From Macrostomum hystrix (lineage: Eukaryota; Animalia; Platyhelminthes), in contig CATNEN010000008.1 in the NCBI GenBank assembly GCA_950097015.1, positions 4,154,001 through 4,218,000 of the forward strand: a stretch of 64,000 bases of DNA, given 5' to 3'. The notes beneath the pieces were generated by a model. The model had not been told where the DNA came from and searched no databases. It saw nothing but the letters and a program-made list of their open reading frames with translations. Positions 51,096 to 62,700 of this stretch are shown one piece after another. The translations under genes and the position numbers were made by a program. How positions within the stretch are numbered: position 1 is the stretch's first letter; the number at the start of each line of letters is the position of its first letter.

Positions 51096-51473
51096 ACCGG
51101 TTTGGGGGATTGGTTGGTGGACCAGATGGGTCGGGAGAGCACAATGCACTTTGGACGGGAAAAGGAAAGGGTGAAAAACCAAAACAAGGAATAGAGTACA
51201 GCTCACAACATATTTATATACTAACACATACCCCTTAAACATACCGAACACATATAGTAACGAGAGCATCACAATCCTCCACTTGATTAAGAATGTTTGA
51301 TCAATGATTAGTTGCTTGCCAAAAGGAATTTGCTAATCCGCTTTAAAAGACAAGCTTCATCAAGATATTACTATGCGATTAAGCAAGCTGAATTCCTGAA
51401 AAGCTTGCACATAGCCCTTGGAGGTGCGCTGTACATCCTGGGTGTACATACACTGGGTGTTGTTGGAAAAGGT

Positions 51474-51828
51474 AATAATAAAAAATAGTAATAATATCTG
51501 CTGGAGGGCTGCGAGCAAAAGCACATCATTTAGTGACACTAGACTTGCTGCCAGCGAGGAGGCAATTCTGCCCATTTCGCTGACTCCTGAGCACACACGC
51601 ACTCAGATACTGTACGCAGGCACACGCTCACACAGGTGTGTAATCTGCCCTGACTTTCTCATCGTCACTCTCGATGTGCCTGGGAGGTTGGCCCTAGAGG
51701 GCGTAAATTGCACATTAAGCCCCCAAGCCTTCTTACCGCGGCTGCGCCAGAAATGAATGTGGCGTCGCCCCGGAATCGAGCTCAGGGACCTTGGTGCGAG
51801 AGGCAAATGCGTTAGACCGCTCTGCCAC
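51474..51828 (-). mobile_element. SINE copy, near full length, upstream of unit H
   Basis: Reverse complement of head, body and (AAT)n tail. Confidence 0.8.
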
Positions 51829-52383
51829 TCATGGAAGGACAGAGCGGATTTCAAATTCCCGCTGCCTACTTCACCATGGCTCCCAAACCGATTATCGTGA
51901 AAGTCCACCATATGGATCTAAATTTTTTGCCCATGCTCTGCATTTTCATGGCGATTGGTCAAGCACTTTGGGAGATACAGAAAACTGAAAAATGTGGGTA
52001 ATTGAAATACCCCGTGGTCTCTGCTGCTAATGCATTTTTGACTTCAGTGTCTTCGTGTGCCACTAATTGAATGGGGCGTTTTATCTGTTTAGAGCGTGAA
52101 ATGGGGAAATTTCTGGGTGAAATTAAGCCTGGCATCACTATACCTAACATCCAATCGGAACTGGTCCCGACTCAGAATCTCGAACAGATTGCAAATTCTG
52201 TACAACATTAAAACCAATCAAGACCATCTCAAGGATTCCAAGAATCAGGAAAAATGAAATTTGCTCCGCCATCCAAGCCTGCTCAGCAAAGTTGCCTCCT
52301 AGTCATGTGAGTACTGCTGATGAAGCCGGCTGTATTAAAGGTAATCTCAGTCATTCAATCACTCAACTAATTTCTTTGCACAG

Positions 52384-54166
52384 GTCAAACCAGCTGCGAC
52401 ACCTTCATGATCATGGCCTATGGAGCTTACTCAAACCGATTCTTCTCATACAACTCGAACTCAAGAGTGATCATCTCACAGTTGTCAACCGACTCGCCGC
52501 TGCAGATGAGGCTCGAAGCCGCACTGGATGGAACTGTCACCTGCGTGTCCTTCACAGATGCGCTCAGGCCGAATTTCTACCTGTTCATGAATGGCCAGCA
52601 GCTGTACGTGTCGCAGACTGACAATTCGACCTCATTCCGACGAGGCGCGAGCTTCAGCATTGAGACTGCGGAGTTTTGCAATCACTGGCGCATCAGCCCG
52701 CTGCTGTATCCGGGACAGCGGCTGCGACATGCCAGCTTCGTCCTGACCAGTTCCGACTGGACGAATGAGGCACTTTTCAGGTCCGACTCAGCGTTTTCGT
52801 TTCACTGCACCGACTGTGAGTAGATCATTCGAATTGTCGTAGTTCAGTAATTGAGTAATCAACAAATCTGAGTAAGATTTTATGAGTTGGAAATCTCGGA
52901 AAAACTGGGATTTACAAGGACGCATTGCTTCTTGTTCCAGATAGACTGGGATTTACAAGGCCGCATTGCTTCTTGTTCCAAAAAGACTGGGATTTACAAG
53001 GCCGCATTGCTTCTTGTTCCAGATAGACTGGGATTTACAAGGCCGCATTGCTTCTTGTTCCAGATAGACTGGGATTTACAAGGCCGCATTGCTTCTTGTT
53101 CCAAAAAGACTGGGATTTACAAGGCCGCATTGCTTCTTGTTCCAAAAAGATTGGGATTTACAAGGCCGAATTGCTTCTTGTTCCAAAAAGACTGGGATTT
53201 ACAAGGCCGCATTGCTTCTTGTTCCAAAAAGATTGGGATTTACAAGGCCGAATTGCTTCTTGTTCCAGATAGACTGGGATTTACAAGGCCGCATTGCTTC
53301 TTGTTCCAGATAGACTGGGATTTACAAGGCCGCATTGCTTCTTGTTCCAGATAGACTGGGATTTACAAGGCCGCATTGCTTCTTGTTCCAAAAAGACTGG
53401 GATTTACAAGGCCGCATTGCTTCTTGTTCCAAAAAGATTGGGATTTACAAGGCCGAATTGCTTCTTGTTCCAGATAGACTGGGATTTACAAGGCCGCATT
53501 GCTTCTTGTTCCAGATAGACTGGGATTTACAAGGCCGCATTGCTTCTTGTTCCAGATAGACTGGGATTTACAAGGCCGCATTGCTTCTTGTTCCAAAAAG
53601 ACTGGGATTTACAAGGCCGCATTGCTTCTTGTTCCAGATAGACTGGGATTTACAAGGCCGCATTGCTTCTTGTTCCAGATAGACTGGGATTTACAAGGCC
53701 GCATTGCTTCTTGTTCCAGACAGCAAGTTATGGCCATCGCGACTGCTTCGTCTCCAGGATGCCTTCAGTGAGAAATTCCTGGCCTGTCCACTCTTGGGTT
53801 CTTGCACTTTACAGGCGGGCTACCAGAACGGCACATTGCTCACTGAGCAGGCGGGCCTGAGCAGCCTGCCGAGCTCCGTGTCCTTCCGCTCCTCCGACTA
53901 TCCCGGCTACTACCTGTCCGTAGACTCTCAGTGCCTCAAGCTGATGCCATCAGCTGGCACTTCAGCGTTCAACATCAGCGCCACCCTGAGACTGACCTTC
54001 GCAGCGTCGGGTGTCGACTGCGGCGACCGTCGCCTCCTGCTGCCGGGGTTAAACGACAGCGTGCTAAGCTACAGGGCCGGAGCGATCAATTGCGAAATCC
54101 AATCAACTGCCTGGACAGCCAGCTATAAGCCTGAATCCGACAAGTTTAGGCCAGTTTGTCTAACAG
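52384..54166 (+). pseudogene. Tandem AbfB/CBM42-like unit H; both domain exons open but no intact signal exon
   Basis: Exons 52384-52815 and 53720-54166 are open and in phase. A donor at 52307 lies the usual ~77 nt upstream but is preceded by an in-frame TAG with no in-frame ATG. The conserved LCP/LCQ Cys is Trp here. Could be a pseudogene or an internal module. Confidence 0.5.
52904..53719. repeat. 41-bp minisatellite containing the splice acceptor of unit H exon 3, ~20 copies
   Basis: Unit CTGGGATTTACAAGGCCGCATTGCTTCTTGTTCCAGATAGA. Confidence 0.95.
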
Positions 54167-54389
54167 GTAAACCAATCAACTGCTGCTTATTTATAGATAA
54201 CAAACAGTCCACTTGTTACTGCGAAAGTACAAGTTACCTGTAAATGCTCAATAAGCAAGCCTATCGGAGGTAAGTGATGGTAAGTTAATAATTATATTCT
54301 TAGTTATAACTATACTTCGCAATTTTTTACCAAGTAAACGTAAAGCCAATAATTGGACTTTGCCGATCAACCAAATGACAGCAAAAAAG

Positions 54390-54550
54390 CAGATGACAGA
54401 TAGCAGGTGACAGAAGGCAGGTGACAGATAGCAGGTGACGGATAGCAGGAGACGGATAGCAGCTGACAGAAGGCAGGTGACAGAAGGCAGGTGATGGATA
54501 GCAGGTGACGGATAGCAGGTGACAGATAGCAGGTGAGAGATGGCATGTGA
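54390..54550. repeat. Degenerate 14-bp tandem repeat GACAGATAGCAGGT
   Basis: Direct inspection. Confidence 0.85.
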
Positions 54551-55197
54551 CAGATGCAGTCCAAGAGAATGCATAGTGCCTAGATGCCTAGCGCATTAAG
54601 ACTCAAGTTGATGGTTGAAGCTGTTAATGGCTGTTAATGCTAGCCTGAATGCATCACCTGGTTTAGGACACAACCGCTGGTTGTGCCTATCGATCTAATG
54701 GCCATCTGATGCACTCTTTAGCGATGCATTTATCCCTGTGAATGCAGTGCAATAAAAATTCTCATTGTCAATCGTGACTAGAATTTAAAAATAAGCGAAG
54801 CTATTTCTCTATCCATACTTTCATGCCACAATCTTGCCTGTCCGACACGACAGCAAAAACGCTTATTACTCTACTAACACGAACGCGCTCAGTAGTATTT
54901 AATAAAAGTAACTGTAAATAAAAAGTAGAATGGAACTTTTATTAAGTTTAATGCTTGATAAGCACAAAATTTTCAGTAACCAAAAACAACAAATTAAGCA
55001 TAATCTAGATTATTGTATTGCAAATGTGATTCTTGACTTTGTTAAAGCTTCGGGCATTAGAAAATTCTGAATCGGAACAGCGATTTGGCGACGAATGCTC
55101 AGTGCAAAACTGGATAAACATGAATAATCAACACTTTACGAAAATGTTAAGACTGGGAAAAATAGAAAAAAATGACTCAGCGAGGAAATTTTCCAAC

Positions 55198-55708
55198 GTA
55201 TCTCATTCAGCTGTCATTAGCTGCATCTCTACCTCATTCAGCTGTCATTAGCTGCATCTCTACCTCATTCAGCTGTCATTAGCTGCATCTCTACCTCATT
55301 CAGCTGTCATTAGCTGCATCTCTACCTCATTCAGCTGTCATTAGCAGCATCTCTACCTCATTCAGCTGTCATTAGCTGCATCTCTACCTCATTCAGCTGT
55401 CATTAGCTGCATCTCTACCTCATTCAGCTGTCATTAGCTGCATCTCTACCTCATTCAGCTGTCATTAGCTGCATCTCTACCTCATTCAGCTGTCATTAGC
55501 TGCATCTCTACCTCATTCAGCTGTCATTAGCTGCATCTCTACCTCATTCAGCTGTCATTAGCTGCATCTCTACCTCATTCAGCTGTCATTAGCTGCATCT
55601 CTACCTCATTCAGCTGTCATTAGCTGCATCTCTACCTCATTCAGCTGTCATTAGCTGCATCTCTACCTCATTCAGTTGTCATTAGCTGCATCTCTACCTC
55701 ATTCAGTT
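55198..55708. repeat. 31-bp minisatellite TCTCTACCTCATTCAGCTGTCATTAGCTGCA, ~16 copies
   Basis: Direct periodicity of 31. Confidence 0.95.
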
Positions 55709-56339
55709 AAGAAATAGCAACGTCACTAGAAAATTACATTAAAAAGACATGATTTGGACAATTAATCTGGGAAATCTTTTGACAATAACAGTTTCTCTTT
55801 ACGCTACTAAATTTAATACTGCATTGAGAACTAAAAAATTGAGTACTTTAGTAGAAGTACTGCATTACAGGCAGCAACATGTATACTAGGATAAATATTT
55901 AAAGTATTTTCCTATAGTCCTGCATTTAATTAAATAGATTGTGTCACAAAAATATGTAATCGGGAAAGCTATAAAACAGCTCTATTATCTCAACGCAGAT
56001 TTAAAAATAGAATTGAAAATTTAACAGATAAATATTTGACATTGTCAATAGGAAAAAATAGTCTGCACAGCTTAAATGAGATATTTTCTACTGTTCGAAT
56101 ATTGAAATATTTCAGCTCGAGAAACAATTCTTCCAGTGTGCAGCGAATGAAGTCGATTATTGTGCAATGCTTCAAAAAATAGCAACACATGCACCCAAAG
56201 TTTGAAAAGTGCAAAGACAAAACGGGGCAGCAACAATAGCGAGCTCAGCGAGCTCTTCTCTTTTCACACAGCCTGAAACACTTGCAGAAAAGACATAAGG
56301 ATAGTCAATTGAGTTGGTTAACGTTCGAGTCTAAATTTA

Positions 56340-56550
56340 GAGTGGGGTGGTCGTACGTGGAAGAGAGTACATTGGGAGTGAGGTGGTCGTACGGGGACGA
56401 GTGTACATTGGGAGTGGAGTGGTCGTTCGTGGAAGAGAGTACATTGGGAGTGAGGTGGTCGAACGGGGACGAATGTACATTGGGAGTGAGGTGGTCGAAC
56501 GGGGACGAATGTACATTGGGAGTGAGGTGGTCTTACGGAGACGAATGTAG
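56340..56550. repeat. ~39-bp degenerate minisatellite related to the 7.3-8.0 kb array
   Basis: GTACATTGGGAGTGAGGTGG units. Confidence 0.75.
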
Positions 56551-56780
56551 GTAGGGAGTGACATGTTCGTACGTTCGTAGTGACGAATGTTTATTAGAAC
56601 TTAGGTTAACCGGGCGCAGCAGTAGACACTTTCTTTTAATAGAATTTGTGCCAAAACAACGAACACACAAAACCAACAGATGATCTGCTTCTATATTTAA
56701 GTGTGAATTATAAAAAAAAAGATCCACACAATATTGTCCGCCAGTACAGACGCACATCTCCAACTCAAGAACTGAAACAA

Positions 56781-59700
56781 TCAGCCGAAGCTTGGCGCAG
56801 TGTCGGGCTGGCAGCCGGTCAGCTCCACCCGGCACAGTGGGCAAGCGGCGAGCCGGCCCGGACAAACTGAGCACAGGCCGGAATGGCCGCATGGCATCAG
56901 CCGGACACCGCTGGGCCTGTCGGCGCAGACGAGACAGACTGGCGTCTTCGACATTGTCGACGCCAGGGTCGATGATGGCGGGGAAATTGACGACATCATC
57001 AGAGACAGCCGACGTTCGCGCATCGCCAACGGCCAGGGCAGGCCCAGTAGGCGCCGATCCTGCGCCGAGACTCCGCCGACGGACGAAGCGGCTTCCTCCA
57101 TTGACGAGGCCGTCGTGATGGCTGTCGATGCGGACGCAACTGACGCTGGAGTAGCCGAAGTACTCGTCGGTGGACGATAGCGAAACGGTTGTTCAACGCC
57201 GCCAAAGTTGAATCGAACCTGTACAAGTAAAAGCATGAGGATTATGTGCAGTCCTAATCATTGTCAAACCGATGATTGGGAGTGGGGATAATAGTTGATG
57301 ATTAGGAGTGGGGATAATAGTTCATGATTGGGAGTGGGGATAATAATGGATGATTAGGAGTGGGGATAAAAATTGATGATTGGGAGTGGGGATAAAAATG
57401 GATGATTGGGATAATAATGGATGATTAGGAGTGGGGATAATAATGGATGATTGGGATAATAATGGATGATTAGGAGTGGGGATAAAATGGATGATAGGGA
57501 TAATAATGGATGATTAGGAGTGGGGATAATAATGGAAGAATTGGAGTGGGGACAATAATGGATGATTAGGAGTGGGGATAAAATGGATGATTGGGATAAT
57601 AATGGATGATTAGGAGTGGGGATAAAATGGATGATTGGGATAATAATGGATGATTAGGAGTGGGGATAAAATGGATGATTGGGATAATCCCGGTTGCCAA
57701 ACCAAAGGGCTTTTTTCATGCAAGTATGGGCTTTTCAGTGGGCCAACAGTGGGCCAGTGCCTTTTAGCCCAATTTGCGGGCTTTTTGCCCAGTTTCGGCC
57801 CACATATAGATGGGCCAACAAGTGGCCCACATAGGCCCATTAAGAGCCCATTAATAATTGGCCCATATAACGAGCCGAATGTCCAATTCAGCCCACTTTC
57901 GGCCCACTATTGTGACCCAAGAATGCTGGCCCATATTGGCCCACATGCGCTGGCCCATATTGGCCCACATATGCTGACCCAGATTGGCTCACATATACTG
58001 GCCCATATTGGCCCACATATACTGGCCCATATACTGGCCCATATTGGCCCACATATACTGCCACATATACTGGCCCATATTGGCCCACATATACTGGCCC
58101 ATATTGGCCCACATATACTGCCACATATACTGGCCCATATTGGCCCACATATGCTGCCACATATACTGGCCCATATTGGCTCACATATACTGGCCCATAT
58201 TGGCCCACATATACTGGCCCATATTGGCCCACATATACTGGCCCATATTGGCCCACATATAGTGCCACATATACTGGCCCATATTGGCCCACATATACTG
58301 GCCCATATTGGCCCACATATACTGCCACATATACTGGCCCATATTGGCCCACATATACTGCCACATATACTGGCCCACATATACTGGCCCATATTGGCCC
58401 ACATATACTGGCCCATATTGGCTCACATATGCTGGCCCATATTGGCCCACATGCGCTGGCCCATATTGGCCCACATATACTGGCCCATATTGGCCCACAT
58501 ATACTGGCCCATATTGGCTCACATATGCTGGCCCATATTGGCCCACATATACTGGCCCATATTGGCCCACATATGCTGGCCCATATTGGCCCACATATAC
58601 TGGCCCATATTGGCCCACATATACTGGCCCATATTGGCCCACATATACTGGCCCATATTGGCCCACATACGCTGGCCCATATTGGCCCACATATACTGGC
58701 CCATATTGGCTCACATATACTGGCCCATATTGGCTCACATATGCTGGCCCATATTGGCCCACATATACTGGCCCATATTGGCCCACATATACTGGCCCAT
58801 ATTGGCCCACATATACTGGCCCATATTGGCCCACATACGCTGGCCCATATTGGCCCACATATACTGGCCCATATTGGCTCACATATGCTGGCCCATATTG
58901 GCCCACATATACTGGCCCATATTGGCCCACATATACTGGCCCATATTGGCCCACATATACTGGCCCATATTGGCCCACATACGCTGGCCCATATTGGCCC
59001 ACATATACTGGCCCATATTGGCCCACATATACTGGCCCATATTGGCCCACATATACTGGCCCATATTGGCCCACATACGCTGGCCCATATTGGCCCACAT
59101 ATACTGGCCCATATTGGCTCACATATACTGGCCCATATTGGCTCACATATGCTGGCCCATATTGGCCCACATATACTGGCCCATATTGGCCCACATATAC
59201 TGGCCCATATTGGCCCACATATACTGGCCCATATTGGCCCACATACGCTGGCCCATATTGGCCCACATATACTGGCCCATATTGGCCCACATATACTGGC
59301 CCATATTGGCCCACATATACTGGCCCATATTGGCCCACATACGCTGGCCCATATTGGCCCACATATACTGGCCCATATTGGCTCACATATGCTGGCCCAT
59401 ATTGGCCCACATATACTGGCCCATATTGGCTCACATATGCTGGCCCATATTGGCCCACATATACTGGCCCATATTGGCTCATGCAAAAGGATTTAAATAG
59501 CCAATGCGTATGCTTGTCAATGGCTAGATAAATGGATTGTTTTTTCACTAGCATTCGAATACGTTTTTTATGACTTTAAAGTCCAAGTTGCACAGCGCAA
59601 ATGATGTAACTTTGTTTAATATCACAATGAAATATAACCTGTCCATTCATTTTGCCGTGTTTATTGCCCAGTTTTGGGCAATCGAGATGCCCCCTACACC

Positions 59701-62700
59701 CCCTGAAGCGCCTATCGAAGCTATGAAGTCGTTGCCTCGTCGTAAGCGGCCATTGCGGGATCTGTCAGCTGCTGAAGCGAAGAAGAAAACCTAGACTATA
59801 GATGCAGCGGAGAGTATGTGGTTATGAAAACCAAATGTGTCCTACATGACTGAACCTTTCAGTCAACCAATCAATCCATGCGTTACAATCTTTCTATTAA
59901 TTTGTTTCCTACTTGTATCCTACACATGTTGCTGTGCAAGTTTTGCGCAATACAAGCATTGCTCATTCACAATCCATTCACAATTAGTTACATGGCAAGT
60001 AAATATTTAAGAGGCAAGCCGTATTAAAGAGAAATAGGTACTTGTTTTTTATAGTAATTAGTAATTACTTTGGCCCTATGCGCTATAATATATGGACCAG
60101 CCAATATGGGCCAGCGTATGTGGGCCAATATGGGCCAGTATATGTAGGCCAATATAGGCTGGGATATGTGGGCCAATATGGGCCAATATGGGTCAGTATA
60201 TGTGGGCCAATATAGGCTGGGATATGTGGGCCAATATGGGCCAATATGGGTCAGTATATGTGGGCCAATATGGGCCAGCATATGTGAGCCAATATGGGCC
60301 AGTATATGTGAGCCAATATGGGCCAGCATATGTGGGCCAATATGGGCCAGTATATGTGGGCCAATATGAACCAGCGTATGTGGGCCAATATGGGCCAGTA
60401 TATGTGGGCCAATATGGGCCAGCATATGTGGGCCAATATGGGCCAGTATATGTGGGCCAATATGAACCAGCGTATGTGGGCCAATATGGGCCAGTATATG
60501 TAGGCCAATATAGGCTGGGATATGTGGGCCAATATGGGCCAATATGGGTCAGTATATGTGGGCCAATATGGGCCAGCATATGTGAGCCAATATGGGCCAG
60601 TATATGTGAGCCAATATGGGCCAGCATATGTGGGCCAATATGGGCCAGTATATGTGGGCCAATATGAACCAGCGTATGTGGGCCAATATGGGCCAGTATA
60701 TGTGGGCCAATATGGGCCAGCATATGTGGGCCAATATGGGCCAGTATATGTGGGCCAATATGAACCAGCGTATGTGGGCCAATATGGGCCAGTATATGTG
60801 GGCCAATATGGGCCAGCATATGTGAGCCAATATGGGCCAGTATATGTGGCAGCATATGTGGGCCAATATGGGCCAGTATATGTGGCAGCATATGTGGGCC
60901 AATATGGGCCAGTATATGTGGGCCAATATGGGCCAGTATATGTGGCAGCATATGTGGGCCAATATGGGCCAGTATATGTGGGCCAATATGGGCCAGTATA
61001 TGGGTCAGTATATGTGGGCCAATATGGGCCAGTATATGTGGGCCAATATGGGCCAGTATATGTGGCAGCATATGTGGGCCAATATGGGCCAGTATATGTG
61101 GGCCAATATGGGCCAGTATATGGGTCAGTATATGTGGGCCAATATGGGCCAGTATATGTGGGCCAATATGGGCCAGTATATGTGAGCCAATATGGGCCAG
61201 CATATGTGGGCCAATATGGGCCAGTATATGTGGGCCAATATGAACCAGCGTATGTGGGCCAATATGGGCCAGTATATGTGGGCCAATATGGGCCAGCATA
61301 TGTGGGCCAATATGGGCCAGTATATGTGGGCCAATATGGGCCAGTATATGTGGCAGCATATGTGGGCCAATATGGGCCAGTATATGTGGGCCAATATGGG
61401 CCAGTATATGTGGCAGTATATGTGGGCCAATATGGGCCAGCATATGTGGGCCAATATGGGCCAGTATATGTGGGCCAATATGGGCCAGTATATGTGGCAG
61501 CATATGTGGGCCAATATGGGCCAGTATATGTGGGCCAATATGGGCCAGTATATGTGGCAGTATATGTGGGCCAATATGGGCCAGTATGTGTGGGCCAATG
61601 TGGGCCGGTATATGTGGCAGTATTTGTGGGCCAATATGGGCCATCAAGGGCCAGTGTATACAAGCCAAAATGGGCCGCCGTGTATGGGCCTGTATGGGCC
61701 GCCGTGTACGGGCCTGTATGGGCCGCCGTGTATGGGCCTGTAAGGGCCGCCGTTTATGGGCCTGTGTGGGCCGCCGTGTACGGGCCTGTACGGGCCTCCG
61801 TATGAGCCGCCGTGTGACCCGGTGTCTGCCATTAAACACTTTCTGGGTCAGCGTGGGTCAATGTGGGCTTTCTGTGGGCCGCTCAGAACCAAACTTTGGC
61901 CCACTAGTGGGCCAAAAAATGTGGCCCATTCAACTTTTTTTGGCAACCGGGAATAATGGATGATTAGGAGTGGGGATAATAATGGATGATTGGGATAATA
62001 ATGGATGATTAGGAGTGGGGATAATAATGGATGATTAGGAGTGGGGATAATAATGGATGATTATGAGTGGGGATAATAATAGAAGAATTGGAGTGGGGAT
62101 AATAATGGATGATTGGGATAATAATGGATGATTAGGAGTGGGGATAAAATGGATGATTGGGATAATAATGGATGATAAGGAGTGGGGATAAAATGGATGA
62201 TTGGGATAATAATGGATGATTAGGAGTGGGGATAATAATGGATGATTATGAGTGGGGATAATAATGGAAGAATTGGAGTGGGGATAATAATGGATGATTG
62301 GGATAATAATGGATGATAAGGAGTGGGGATAATAATGGATGATTGGGATAATAATGGATGATTAGGAGTGGGGATAAAATGGATGATTGGGATAATAATG
62401 GATGATTGGGATAATAATGGATGATTAGGAGTGGGGATAAAATGGATGATTGGGATAATAATTGATGATAAGGAGTGGGGATAATAATGGATGATTGGGA
62501 TAATAATGGATGATTAGGAGTGGGGATAAAATGGATGATTGGGATAATAATTGATGATAAGGAGTGGGGATAATAATGGATGATTGGGATAATAATGGAT
62601 GATTAGGAGTGGGGATAAAATGGATGATTGGGATAATAATGGATGATTAGGAGTGGGGATAATAATGGATGATTAGGAGTGGGGATAATAATGGATGATT

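Noticed and set aside
21095-54166. Claim that the AbfB units came from bacteria by horizontal transfer
   Set aside because: The units have spliceosomal introns and animals already have AbfB in otogelin; origin cannot be decided without a phylogeny.
59570-59794. Small ORF with an NLS-like basic stretch in the foldback spacer
   Set aside because: 74 aa, no transposase motif; may be a remnant but is unsupported.
57650-61963. Many long overlapping ORFs (GPIWAS, YVGQYGP, LAHIGPH repeats)
   Set aside because: Translations of the 24-bp foldback arms, open in several frames on both strands, inside an intron.
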